64,000 nt of DNA, taken from Eledone cirrhosa (taxonomy: Eukaryota). The notes under the pieces were generated by a model that did no database searches, was not told the origin of the DNA, and worked only from the letters and a program-made list of their open reading frames with translations. The position numbers and the translations under genes were made by a program. The stretch is taken from contig OZ024743.1 in assembly GCA_964016885.1 (NCBI GenBank), positions 104,036,001 through 104,100,000 on the forward strand, in the 5' to 3' direction. Shown here piece by piece: positions 26,180 to 38,869 of the stretch (its first letter is position 1; each line of letters starts with the position of its first letter).

Positions 26180-28060
26180 ACTGTAAGTAGTTGGTGATAG
26201 GCAGGGCATCCAGCCAGAAAAACCCTGTCAAATAATGAACAGTACCACAAATTGCATATACAAGGCTAAAACTAGTCATATTAGTGCTGTGCACTGTAGT
26301 GGGATGGCTAGAGTAGCCATGTGCAAGAACCCCTCAACCATCATCAAACGATTGTACAACACTTTTCCCTTTCAGATACATTTAACTTCTACCCAAGGAA
26401 ATAGCAACTGGCAAGGTACAAAACTCAGGACTGCCACCCTGAAAGGTAAATCAGGTGAAATTGTGGAACTGCTAAAGAGAAGAGAAGTGGATATTTGCTG
26501 TGTACAAGAGGTGAGATGGAGGGGTGCCTCAACAAGACTACTGACAGGCAAACAGCATAGATACAAGCTTTACTGGATAGGAAGTGACGATGGAGTAGGA
26601 GATGTAGGCATGTTACTAGCTGAAAAATGGATAGATAAAGTGATAAAATTAAGCATCAGAATTGTCAAACTTAGATTAACTATAGGAAATAGAGTGGTGG
26701 CAATTACATTATGCCCTACATGCAAAACTGAGGAAAGAACAAAAAGACAAGTTCTATGAAGAACTTTTACACATGACTTCAGGTACCGATAAAGGTGACC
26801 TCATCATCCTTGCAGGCAACTTCAATGGACATGTGAGGCAGTATCAGGACAAATTCAGTGGAGTTCATGGTGGCTATGATGAGAGCTCAAGAAATGAAGA
26901 GGGATTGAGACTCCTGGAATTTTGTGATGCATCACAAATTCCAGGAAACCAGCCAGCCACCTATCTCATATGAATCAGATGAACACAAAAGCCAAATTAA
27001 CTATTTACTTGTTAGACAAAATAAACGGACTGTAATAAATACTACGGCCTTCCCTGGGGAAGAATGCACCACTCAGCACAAGTTAGTTATTAGTGACATC
27101 AAAATAAGCAAGAGACAGAACAAGACTCGCAGGAAAATATGGAGACAGGGTCTGGAAACTAAGGGACTTCTCATTTAAATATACATTTAGAAAAGCCCTA
27201 TCGGATGCATTTGATGAAAAAAGTGATGAGCTAGATACCTATGATGTAGGGGACAACAGGAAATTCTTACGTGACAACCTTTTGAAAACTACTGGCGAGA
27301 CTTGTTGCTGGAGTGGAGCACCAGCCAGTCAGAGGGTGTCCTGTTGGTAGAACAGCTCAATGGATAGATCCATCAAAGCCAAGAGAGAGAGGTACCAGGT
27401 GGCTAAGAAATAAGCTAGGCGACAAGTATACACAGTTTGGAGAAAGGCTGAAGAAAAAGTTTGTGAACATCCTCAGGTGTGAGGATCAGATATACAAAGT
27501 GTTCCACATTGCAAAGCAATGTGACAGTGTAAATCATGATGTCGTTGGGGAAAAGTATGTTAGAATGCCTGGAAAAAGTACTACAGATGCCCACTCTTTA
27601 GTGAGGCAACTATTACAGAAGTTCTTAGTTAAAAATAAGCCACTATACCTAACTTTCATTGACCTAGAAAAAGCATTTGACAAAGTACTCTGATTTATTA
27701 TCTAGTAGTCCTTAAGGAAATTAGGTGTAGAAGAATGGTTGGTGAGAGCAGTGTAAGTCATGCACAGAGGAGCTGTCAGCAACGTGAGAGTAGGAAATGA
27801 GTTTACTGAGGAATTCAAGGTACAAGTAGTTCATCAAGGTTCAGTTCTTAGCCAACTACTATTCATTATAGTCCTCCAAGCTATAAAAGAGTTCAAGACC
27901 AACTGTCAACGGAAATTTCTCTATGCAAATGATCTGGTCCTTGTAGCCGAATCCATTAAAAACCTAGAAACTAAGTTCTGACTATGGAAACAGAATTTAG
28001 AATAAAAAAGCCTGTGAGTAAACTTAGCCAAAACTAAAGTGCTAGTGAGTAGGAGAGAAG
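26180..28060 (+). mobile_element. Degenerate RTE-clade LINE (APE endonuclease + reverse transcriptase), frameshifted and internally deleted
   Basis: ORF pieces carry endonuclease motifs (VDICCVQEVRWRG, GNFNGHV, SQINYLLV, TQHKLV) and RT motifs (PGKSTTDA, FIDLEKAFDKV, HQGSVLSQLLF, LYANDL). The 5' part contains the ggcagggcatccagcc motif shared with the dispersed RTE-derived short elements. Confidence 0.93.
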
Positions 28061-29959
28061 ATATAGGTGTATGTGTGTGGTGTATGTATTATGCAATCCC
28101 ACCATTACACACAAAATTGCATTGCCCAGAAGATAGCTGACATGCTTTTATTCATTCATCCTGGAGGGGGGTCCTAATATCTTAGTCCTTTACAGAAGTA
28201 GAGCTACTCACAGGAGAAAGCTAGGAGGTATAGAAATTACCACCAATGTTGGCATTCCTTATCAGCCTCAATCAGTAATTCGATGATGATAAACTGTCAT
28301 CAACTAAAGTGTAACATCTTGTTAATGTAGGTTTATATATATCATAAATATGGGTTATGAAGAGCAGAATTGCTAGTGTGCCAACATAAATTAACTTGTA
28401 GAATGTAGTTACATCCCTTTTTTTTTTTTCTTTTACTTCGAGTTTAGGCCAGGCAATGTTGACTTACCCTTTAATTCTCATAAATTAAAAACTCTAGATA
28501 CATCACTACATTACATTCATCTGAAATCTTAATACAGGCAGTTGTGGATAAATATGCATTATTTGATTAATTACATTACAAGGCAATATGGCAAGGTGTC
28601 TGTAGCTGGCTTATGTATGGTCATATTGAGTGCAGAGAAGTTGTATCTTTTGACACAAATTGAAGGGTCGTCTTAACCCTTTGTTGACAAGCTTTCTATG
28701 GCCACAAAACAATTTGGCAGTACAAAAAATAGGTCCAACTTAATATATTCTCAACTTCCATTGTGTTGATAGCTCTTTACCTTCATTTGTACCTAAACTT
28801 GTGTATATGAGGCAGATAGTGTGAGAGGGTGTGCAAGAGAAAGAGGCAGAGATAGTGTGTGAGAGAGACAGAGAGAAAATATGTTTGAGAGAGGCAGAGT
28901 GCGTATGTAAGAGAGAGAGTGTGTGTGTACATCAGATAGTTAAATAGAATAGGCAGGTAGAGAGTCAACAGATAGGTAGTAGCAATGACATGTGATAGAC
29001 TATTTGGAGCAAGTCACCTACAAAGAAGACCTGCACATGTCAAAAGTTCAGTTTTTTTGTTTCTAGTTGGTGGTCATGTCAAAAAGATTTAGTACTTGGA
29101 ACACTTGATACTGATTATGGTTGAGGGCTAGTTAAGAAATCTTTACAGATACATAAGGACAGAAATGTGCACAACCAACAAAGAAGTTTACTTCTAAGTT
29201 TGACAAAGTTCAGAATAGTCTCAGACAAGATAATCATGGTCTTCAGACCAAACTGATTCTTGTGATATTATTTGGGGTGATATTCTGAGTATTTGTTCAT
29301 TCATGAGTGTTCATTTAGTAAAATTGATTGGGCTGGGGAGAGGTATCCAATAACATATTAGAAACCATCCAATGAACTCACGAAGGCAATAGAAAATTAG
29401 GATAAAATAATTCTAACGTTGACACATAGCCAGCAATTTGGAGGAGGGGAAAGTTGATTATATCGAACCCTAGTACTTAACTGGTACTTTATTTTATCTA
29501 CTACAGGAGGATGTGAAGCAAAGTTGACCTCGATAGGATCTGAATTCAGAACATAGAAATTCGTAACAAAATACCACTAAGTGTTTTGTTCGATGCTCAA
29601 CCGATAATGCCAATCAACTGCCATAAAGAAAGATATAACAACAAAAGGATACAAGAAATTGAATATATTTTTATCCCTTTCACACCATGAGTATTTACCA
29701 ATATAACTGGTCCCAACAAGAAATGAAACCTTATGTGTAATGTTGGTATAACGAGATCAACGTCCAACATGAAACCACATTAGCAAGACATACTTAAAAA
29801 GTACAAAATAGCACTGTGAAACTGACTAATCTCATTAAATATCAGTCTTTAGTTTAATACTGCAAATTTTCACAGTAAAAAAAATACTATAAAAATGTTA
29901 ATTAACAAACCCGTTTTTAAATATATTCTACTAAATCATTACAGAATGTTAAGAGACAA

Positions 29960-30460
29960 TCGCCAAATTGTAAATAAATAACGTGTAGTTGTGTCGTAAC
30001 TGTGTGCGCTAACTTAACACCAAGTTAAAGTGATTTCACCTCACTTATGACCTCTTGTTAAATAAAAGGCATGAATGTTACAACAACCCTTCCGTCCCTC
30101 CATTTCCTGTTACACACACACACACCTACTTTAAAAGGAAAAGCCTAGGGATTTGTGCTTCGTCAAAAAAGGAAATGGAAAATAATACAAATCAAACATG
30201 GCGTAAAACCACTCCTCTTGTCAACAAATCGAAACTACCATCACCATAACCACCATTACTATTACCACTACCACTGCTACTAAATAACGGAAGCAGCAGC
30301 AGCTAAACAGACAGCAGTGAGAATTGTTTTATTGACAGTTACAGCAAGCAAAAAAACAGAGGTGAGGATAAATGAGCGTTACTGAAATGAGTGAAAAGGA
30401 CCGGGTGTAGGAGGACTTGAGAGGGGGAGGAGGAGAACGAGGAGTATACCTAATAATAAA
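29960..30460. promoter_or_regulatory. Candidate promoter/TSS region
   Basis: Abrupt rise in CpG, YY1-like aaacatggcg (about 30194), ETS-like acggaag (about 30287), unique non-repeat sequence. Inference only. Confidence 0.35.
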
Positions 30461-30644
30461 GGTAAAGATAAAAGTTAATTGATTAAAATAGAAATCTAGA
30501 TAGAAAGAATAACAGTCGCTCCTTTTACATATCGTACATTCCCCTCATTAGTAAAGCAGGCGCAGATTATATATCATCATCTATTTATGTGTGTATGGCC
30601 ACATCTAAATAAGATACTCAATATATTAAGTATTAAGGGAATAT

Positions 30645-30785
30645 TTATTTCAGATGGAAATGACTTCGGGACCATTACCGTTTCATTCAGTATTCAGTTA
30701 GAATCATCAGGGAATTACACGGTTCTTGATGATTTCAACCGAATTAAACTGTTAGTCCTGGAGAAGTCATTTCTATCTAAAATAA
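30645..30785. repeat. Imperfect palindrome with a hammerhead-like core
   Basis: gatggaaatgacttc / gaagtcatttctatc arms; minus strand CTGATGA (30704-30710) ... GAAA (30681-30684). Confidence 0.6.
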
Positions 30786-31882
30786 TACAGATCCGATTGC
30801 AGAAACCAAGCCCAAAACAGAACGTACGAGCAAGGTGTGATCACCTAAACAGTTTTTCCTCAGTATGCGACAGCCAGTGTAACCATGCAAACATGGAAAA
30901 TAGACGTTAAACGACGATAATTCAGAGGGAAAGGAGAGGGAAAGGGTTGTTATCTTTTGTGCTCAGGCGTTATCAAAGGTGTTCCAATCACAACCATCCC
31001 ATCTTTAGACAGTATATCTATGTTTTTAATACATAAAGTCGCCTCCTTTTCTGAAGAGTGTAGTAGGGTGCAATCTTGAGATCAGTCGAGTGTCAAGATT
31101 GAGGCTTCGTTATCTATAGTGAAGAAACGTAGTTGATTAGATATTATCTCCGATATTTATTTTACTGAGCTCCAGAACGATGAAATGTTACTCTTGTGAA
31201 CACAGAATGTAAAAGTCTGAAATAAAATACTTCTAAATATCGAACAGTTCACCTCACTCCAATGTTTTAACTATAATCAGATTTTTGCAAGACATTTAAA
31301 ATGGAGGGAAAATTAAATATTGAGCCATGCGTGCTGTAAACCAGGCATGGTCAACTTTTTCCAAACAGTTGACAGCAGAGGATGTGGCTCATCATAAGGC
31401 AGGCAGTACTACTAAAAAATTAGGCATGCCATTTCAGAAAGCCAAACGAGCTGCAGTTTGCTCATGACTGCTGTAAACCAACGGTAGCCTTGTGGTTGTT
31501 TAGCCTACTAGAAATAGCAACCAAATTTCCAAATTGCTCCCTCCCACCTATAAAAAAAAAGGGCTCAAGGTAACATTGAAAATTTAGTTCTTGATGCATC
31601 ATCTGAGAAAAAAGATGGGATGGTCACAACTGGAATGCCTTTGATTATTGTATGCTCAATCAGGCTCAACCGAAATAATGGTTTCTAATTTAGGCACAAG
31701 GCTAGCAATTTCGGGGGGGGGGGGGGGTCGATTGTATCAACCACAGTACTTGACTGGTATATATATATATATTTTTTTATAGAAACCCAGAAGCATGACA
31801 GGCAAAGCTAATCTTGGCCAGATTTGAACTCAGAACCTAAAGAGCCAGATCAAATGCCCCAAACAATTTTTTCATGATGCTC

Positions 31883-32082
31883 NNNNNNNNNNNNNNNNNN
31901 NNNNNNNNNNNNNNNNNNNNNNNNNNNNNNNNNNNNNNNNNNNNNNNNNNNNNNNNNNNNNNNNNNNNNNNNNNNNNNNNNNNNNNNNNNNNNNNNNNNN
32001 NNNNNNNNNNNNNNNNNNNNNNNNNNNNNNNNNNNNNNNNNNNNNNNNNNNNNNNNNNNNNNNNNNNNNNNNNNNNNNNNNN
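31883..32082. other. Assembly gap (200 N)
   Basis: Run of N. Confidence 1.
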
Positions 32083-32884
32083 TGCCAAATAATCCATTTT
32101 GCCGGGCTAACAACGGTTAGGAATTATATATTTTTAAAGAAAATTACTAGGAGACTACAGCCACGTTATTAATAATTATTTTTCTTTACAAAATCTTTAA
32201 AAGACATCTTTAGAAGTCGGAAAGATACACTTTAACTATAAAAATATAACGACTGTTTTTTTTTGGGGGGGGGGGGGGGCTATAACTAGGGGATGAATGT
32301 AAGAAGAATTTCTTCCAATTAGTCGGAAGTTTAACAGCCGCCAATGTCTAAATATATAGATGATTACAAATTCTGGTGGGTCGAAGGAAATTTATATGCC
32401 GCTCATAATTATGTTCGGTTTATTTGAGGTACTAGAGCATCAGTTGCTGGAAAATCAGTCCACGCGATAAGACTTTCTGTTTTTGCATCCCTGTTTTGTG
32501 TTGTCATTTCTTCAACTATATATATATATCACAGTCTGTAACTTTACAATTTACTACACATACATACAAAGCATTTTCTATATCAATCTTGTTGCTACGA
32601 TAAAAAGTTCAATTCTCCCGTAAATAGTTATTTCCCCAGAGTTATTCATATATTTAAACCTGCATGTCATTTGTACATACATTTATGTAATTATAACCTA
32701 GAAATAAATTATTTCAATCTTTTATTTATCTTTAATTACTTCTATGTGCCTGTAACCAACATAATCTATATGGTTTCTCCTATGCAAACAATTTATCAGA
32801 ATACGAATTCCCCAGTTTGTATAAATGTTCATACCAGTAATCCTGGTATGTGGCATATCAATCCTGGACACTTCTTTGTCCACT

Positions 32885-33216
32885 TATTCCAGGGAGGGTC
32901 AAAGTCCTCAAGCACGCCGTCCGGTGGGTCCTATCAGAAGCAACTTTCCCCAATTGATACGGCTCAATCCTCATGCGAGACCAGCCGAGCTCATCTTGCT
33001 CGGGGTCGACTCTTAGGTCGGTTTTACCTGTAAAATCTGTCCAGCGATTCTTTCCTTAAACATTCTGACTATATATCCGTTGTACCGAAGCTGTGATCGC
33101 TACATGCGGAGAAGTAGCAGCTCTAGCTGAAGCGACCCCCTGATTTCCAAGCTACGCACTGTCGAATAACGTTACCCTAAAGACCCTTCAGGAGAACCCT
33201 ATTTCGACCGCATGTA
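32885..33216 (-). mobile_element. Degenerate RTE (Rex3/Expander-like) LINE 3' fragment
   Basis: Manual minus-strand translation across frameshifts gives IHAVEIGF..RVTLFDS / RSLEIRGSLQLELLLLRM*RSQLRYNGYIVRMFKERI / RPKSRPRAR* / ELGWSRMRIEPYQLGKVASDR, matching the RTE C-terminal pattern (LLLRIERSQLRWFGH...RGRPRTRW). Confidence 0.8.
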
Positions 33217-33956
33217 TTAGATAAGGATTGGCACACTCAGTATTTCATAATGTGCCAAACAGCTGGAATTTTACTGGTGATATCATCGGGACAGTGCAAC
33301 ATTACAAGAACATGCTTACACATAGCACAAAATGACTTTCTCCCACCGTATTGTGTACAATATAAGCCACCAGCCAATTATATTTTTTTGCTATTGCAAT
33401 TTAACATTTACTAGTGTTAATAACCGTAAGCCATAATTTAGAAATCCTGTATTCCGTCGTCTGGGACATGATCCAAAAAAGAAAAAAAAAAGGAAATAGA
33501 AAAGAAAAAGAACCGTTTTTAGAAGCCGGCATTTTTGAAGAATGATTGGGTAAAGATAAACCACCGAATTATTTCTATAGATAGGAAGGACATGGTGATT
33601 GATGTGTCATTACATATAGCAATAACAAAACAGACTGTATAAATAAAATGAGTATATATAAAGGTTAATATAGATGTGATTAAGAAGCACTTCCAATGTT
33701 ACTTAATGTGTGATTATACGGAGAGGCGAAAAAAAAAATTAAGTGGACAGTGTTTTCGGTGAACTGAAGCGTGAATTTAAACGAAGTAGTATTTGATTTT
33801 GAATGAGTTATGGTCAACAAGAACATTGAATGTATTATTATTTACATGTTAAACCAGACGGCCTAGCTTCAACAGTTTCGATGGTTGAGCTTTAGTCATT
33901 TAACATCTTATACCTCTATGTGTATGTGTGTGTGTGTATATATATGTATATATGTA

Positions 33957-34529
33957 TCCCAGTACAACCTGTCTCATGGTCGGGTCGTTGGCGACTAAAC
34001 TGGCAACCCCACCAAGGTTTCTTGGTGAGGAGGGTGACTTTGGACATCCTGCAGGAGTAAAAACAAAACCTGTCAAAGAGCAAAGGAGCTCTTATGAGTC
34101 AATGGCCATCCAAAATCACCGTGAGAGATGACCCCTTAGCCTTTGTCAAGGCAGAATTCTAGGAGAAGTAAAACTCTGATATAACACCTGCAACCCTGAT
34201 GGTATCCAATGATGTTGACTTGTTCTTCTTTTTGGTAAATATCATCTTGGTTAAAAGAGTGGGACTGGCTTTGTGCAGTGCCTTTGCTCACTATAAAAGC
34301 TTCGACACAGGCATTGCTTTATATCTAGAGATCTCTCTGCACTTGTCATCACAGGGTACAATGGGCCCAGCACTATGTGTCAGTAATTGTCACAAGTGTA
34401 GTGTTTGTACCAGAGTTTTCAAGTCGCTGGCTGGACTAAAAAGTCACACTCGTTCAGCGCATCAGTAGGGGTTCTCCTACATGGATATAAAGTAGTGGCC
34501 GTACTCGAAAACGAGTTGGCAGCCACCAT
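33957..34529 (+). mobile_element. Non-autonomous bipartite RTE-like element (family D) with a terminal C2H2 finger; partial copies 39604-39987 -, 41150-41455 -, diverged 61090-61585 -
   Basis: Near-identical copies. RTE 5'UTR-like ctaggagaag.aaaactctgat motif, ORF end [24 protein letters not shown], ctcgaaaacgag hairpin and (tatg)n tail. Confidence 0.75.
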
Positions 34530-34538
34530 GTATGTATG

Positions 34539-34571
<33 letters not shown>

Positions 34572-34780
34572 ATATATATAAATTTTAGTACAGCATTAAC
34601 GAAGCTTTAGATCGGGGCCAAGGTAACGAATGCAAATTCGGTCTGTAGCTTTAGCACTCGGATGGGGAAAAGTACCCCCGGAGTAATAACAATACGTTTA
34701 GACAGCTTAGCAAATCAAATATAGCGATCGGCAGTCCAGCCGCATCACCAGACCAACGAAAATACAGGACTCAGGAAAAG

Positions 34781-34815
<35 letters not shown>

Positions 34816-35002
34816 ATCTGTCTGATGAACGATCCAGACGTATATTAAAATTGTCTAGGATCCAGAAACCTTTGGTAATGGAGTAATATATTGAGGTGTT
34901 CACTTTCTAATTAAATAGCTCTGCTCTATACATAGAGCGTTCTTTTATCCTTTGCTTTTTCTTTTTTTCTTCGGAATTACCGAACACACACACACATATA
35001 TA

Positions 35003-35118
35003 TTCTGAGTTCAAATCCCGCCGAGGTCAACTTTGCCTTTCATCCTTACAGGGTCGATAAAATAAAGTACTATTAATGTACTGGGTAATTGCTGGCCTTG
35101 TGCCAAAAGTAGAAACAA
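35003..35118 (+). mobile_element. 5'-truncated family A SINE
   Basis: Runs from the B box to the 3' end gtagaaacaatt. Confidence 0.85.
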
Positions 35119-36274
35119 TTATATATATATATAAAGAGAGGTGGGGTAAGATGTTACTAGTTAAGAGCAGCAAGACCATTATAAAATGAATTCTTTGCTC
35201 TGCGGTTAAGCTACTAAGGTTTCAAAACGGTATAAGCCTAACAAATCCGCACTATTATGTGTGTATAGTTGTTGAGTGTTAATACTAATGGTAACCATTT
35301 TAGCACTCAATGCTTTTACACGAATAGATAATCAATACATACAACGTGAAAAATTATACCGTCCACACAAACTCTAGTTCTGTTACAAGTACATAATACA
35401 AATTACATGTACAAATATACCCTATCTCACACATAAATCCTATATTTAACATTGATTATTAAAATACATAACCAGCAGTTCGAAATAGGTGGCTCATACT
35501 TTTACATCTGGAGAGGGCCTATTACCAGCTTTGGACGAAACTGTATATATTTGTGCGGGTGTATTTGAGTACATGAATGAGTGCCTTTTTGAATTTGAGG
35601 GGAATTATGAGAATGAACTTTGTAAAAATAAAATAGCCTAAATAAATACCAAAACCCCAGCATGTTGCCAAAATACGAGTGGATTTGCTTGAGTGTAATA
35701 AGCGTACATGAACATGTACGTAGATACAAAAATATCACACGGGTATATGTTTTAGATAAGTTTGTCATCTTAGTGTATAATCTATATCTATATATATATA
35801 TATATATATATATTATTCAAAATGTTAATAAATGAAAAATATTCTCATAATCAAAATATATATTTTATTATACATATTTCAAAGGTACAATGGTGTTTAA
35901 GTACGTTTTCATCAGACAAAATATAAGATTTGATATGTGACATACCGCTACGTGTGTGTTTATATAAATATACATATACACACAGGAAACAGATGTTTAA
36001 ACGGAAGATCTAAGTGGCATTTTAAGTGTTTGCATTAGGTTATATCGAATGGACTACTGCACAATTATTGGAGGAGGGGGGTGCATATACAAATACACAA
36101 TTTTAAAGCGAGACTGGGAAAGAAGTTTACATACAATGTGGAGTAAAGTTTTTCCCACCTTTTCTAATGCTTTCCAGGGTTGATAAACAAGATATCAGTC
36201 AAGTACTGGAGTTGATTTGACCGAATTAGCCCTCCTAAATTGCTGGCTTTGTGCCTAAATTTAGAAACCATTTA

Positions 36275-36500
36275 CGGCGATGGATTGGCAGAATCGGTAG
36301 AGCGTCGGACAAAATGCTTTGCAAGATGTAGTTACGACTTTCTATGCTCCGAGATCAAATCGCGCCGGGATTCTTTGCTCTCCATCCTTCTGGAGTCGAT
36401 AAAATAGAGTACCTGTCAATACTGGAATTGCTATAACCGACTGTGCCCCCCCCCCCCCAAAAAAAATTTGCTGGCCTTGTACCTAAATTAAAAACTATTA
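36275..36500 (+). mobile_element. Older, longer family A-related SINE (preceded by a tail fragment at about 36160-36270)
   Basis: ggcgatggattggcagaatcggtagagcgtcggac head, Meta-like core, gctggccttgtacctaaatta tail. Confidence 0.75.
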
Positions 36501-38420
36501 TTATTGTTATTGTAAATATAAATAACCTCTTAGAAGAGTACCAGATTGAAAAGGGAGGGTCACAGTCGAATTCGTAAGAATCAACATGTGTTTGGTAACT
36601 TATTTCATGGATCCCCGAGAAATAAAAGGTAAAAACAATTTCCGGCGGAATTAATAAAAATGGTTTGTAAGAAGGCCACCAACTGTTTTGTAATAAATGT
36701 TTAGGGGGTTTGTTTGTGAGAATTGTACATGTGTGTAATGGTCTAGAGAGAACAAGTAGAAATATTTTCCGATATTATAAAGCAAAAATTGGGGATGGAG
36801 TTGAACAAGTTTTTCGACAAGCCATGTAAGTAGGCCAGAAAGTACGTGGTAGAGAGGAAAGAGAAAGAAAGAAGTGACAGAGAAAAAAGTGGAGACGGGG
36901 AGAGAAATTGGAAGACTGAAAAGTTAGTAGAGAGAAAGGGAGAGTGATGAAATAGCAGAGGGAGAGTAAAGAAATAGCACAGAGGGGGACAGAAAGAGCT
37001 ACAGTGAATAGTTAAAAAAAATAAAGCGAGTGGTGAGAAAAGGCAAGATAATAGCAGAAGGGGGTAATCGTGATAAACTAAAAATTTAGAAAGATAGTAA
37101 AGGAATGTGAGAGAGAAAGGGGAGCGATAAAAGGGAAAAAGACAAATTTAATATCATAGAGAGAGAGCGATAAACTAGAAGGTTAGAAAGACAGTTTAAT
37201 AGGAGAGACTAAAAGGTTAGAAATAATAGAGGAGGGCGTGAGGGAAAGATAAACAAGAAAATTAGAAAGACAAAGTAAAAGAATAGAAAAGAGAGGGAGA
37301 GTGATAAAAATGGCAGGTGAGAAAGACAGAACAATTAGAGGTAAATAGATTATAAAATGACTGACGAGAAGAAAAGATGTGAAATCAAGTGGTATAGAGA
37401 GAATAATAGATAACGACAGATAAAAAAAATGAGTGGGAAAATGTATTTTAAATAAGAGGAGACAGATAGAAAGAAAAATGAGTTTAAGCGAGACCGAAAA
37501 TGAAAAAAAAAAGCGGGGGTGGGAATAAGAGAAAGAAAATATATCAAAAGATAAGATAGAGTTAGGACAAACTAACGACAAAAACGAGGGTGTTTCTGCG
37601 TGTCATTTATTTAACATTTTAGAAACAACAGCTAAATTGTCCTCAATTACAGCCCACAACTTTAAAAACAGGGACACACTGAATAAAGTGAACTTCGATA
37701 TAATGTAGTTTTAAAAAAGGTGGAAGCTATTTTTTTTTATTATTACACCCGTCTCGGGGACGGGTGTAATGAAATTCTCGAATGGAGGAACCACAGAAAA
37801 CGTGTAATTTACGGCGGTTTTGAAGGCCACATTCTTTCAAAATATTAAAACCGGACAATGTAGAAAAGTGGCAGGGGCTTACAAGTTTCAGCTTAGTCGC
37901 TTCGAAATCACAGCCACCTTTCTACTAAAATTTACACTCGACTTACAAGTAATGTTTCAAATACTATAGCATTTAAAACGCATAGAGAGAGAGAGTGTGT
38001 GTGCTGATAGTGCGGAGTTAAGTCAAAGTGTTAATATAAATACTCTACTTCCACATTACGTGTTGATTGATTACTCTTTCTTTCGTTTGCACCCGCAACT
38101 CATCATCATCATCACCGTTTTACGTCCGTTCTTCCACGCTAGCATGGGTTAGACGGATTGTCCTGTTGTGGGCAGTGTCCGGTCGGCTGACCTTGTCTTG
38201 CTCATATAGGAACTGATTCTGCTTGATTTCTACAGCTGGATGCCCTTCCTAACACCAACCATATTTACAGTGTGAGCTGGGTTCTTTTTTGCCGTGGCAC
38301 CTCCACGACCACTTTGCAGTGGAATGATGGGAACCCCAGTCCCTATCATCTTATAACAGATTTGAAGCACTCAACAGTTTACCTGGAGTATAATATCAAT
38401 GAAATTAATAAATGGAAACT

Positions 38421-38657
38421 ATATTTATGAAACCATATTTATTTTATTATATATATTTCAAGGGTACCAAAAACTTTGATACGCTCTCATCAGATAAAAT
38501 ACAAAATTTGTTTTATAAATAGTGGAACCGATTAGGTCTGGTTTCTGGTATGTCACTATTTATAAAACAAATTTTGTATTTTATTTGATGAGAGCGTACC
38601 AAAGTTTTTGGTACCCTTGAAATATATATAATAAAATAAATATGGTTTTATAAGTAT
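38421..38657. repeat. Palindrome (104-bp arms, 29-bp loop)
   Basis: 38421-38524 is the reverse complement of 38554-38657 with few mismatches; related single arm at about 35860-35935. Confidence 0.85.
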
Positions 38658-38822
38658 CAGTAGAGGGTCGGACGCCATGCTTTCCAGCATAGTTACGTCC
38701 CTTTACGATCTGAGTTCGAATCCCGCCGAGGTTGACTTTGCCTTTCATCCTTACAGGGTCGATAAAATAAAGTACCAGTAATGCACTGAGTATTTGCTGG
38801 CCTTGTGCCTAAAGTAGAGACA
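38653..38822 (+). mobile_element. Family A SINE inserted into the right arm of a palindrome
   Basis: Slightly 5'-truncated copy; the palindrome arm resumes after it (attaatttcatt). Confidence 0.85.
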
Positions 38823-38831
38823 ATTAATTTC

Positions 38832-38869
<38 letters not shown>

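Noticed and set aside
30587-30910. 107-aa ORF or plus-strand exon
   Set aside because: It spans an imperfect palindrome and an RTE-tail repeat, with no recognisable domain.
34199-34468. Host C2H2 zinc-finger gene
   Set aside because: Single finger inside a multicopy retroelement; other copies are frameshifted.
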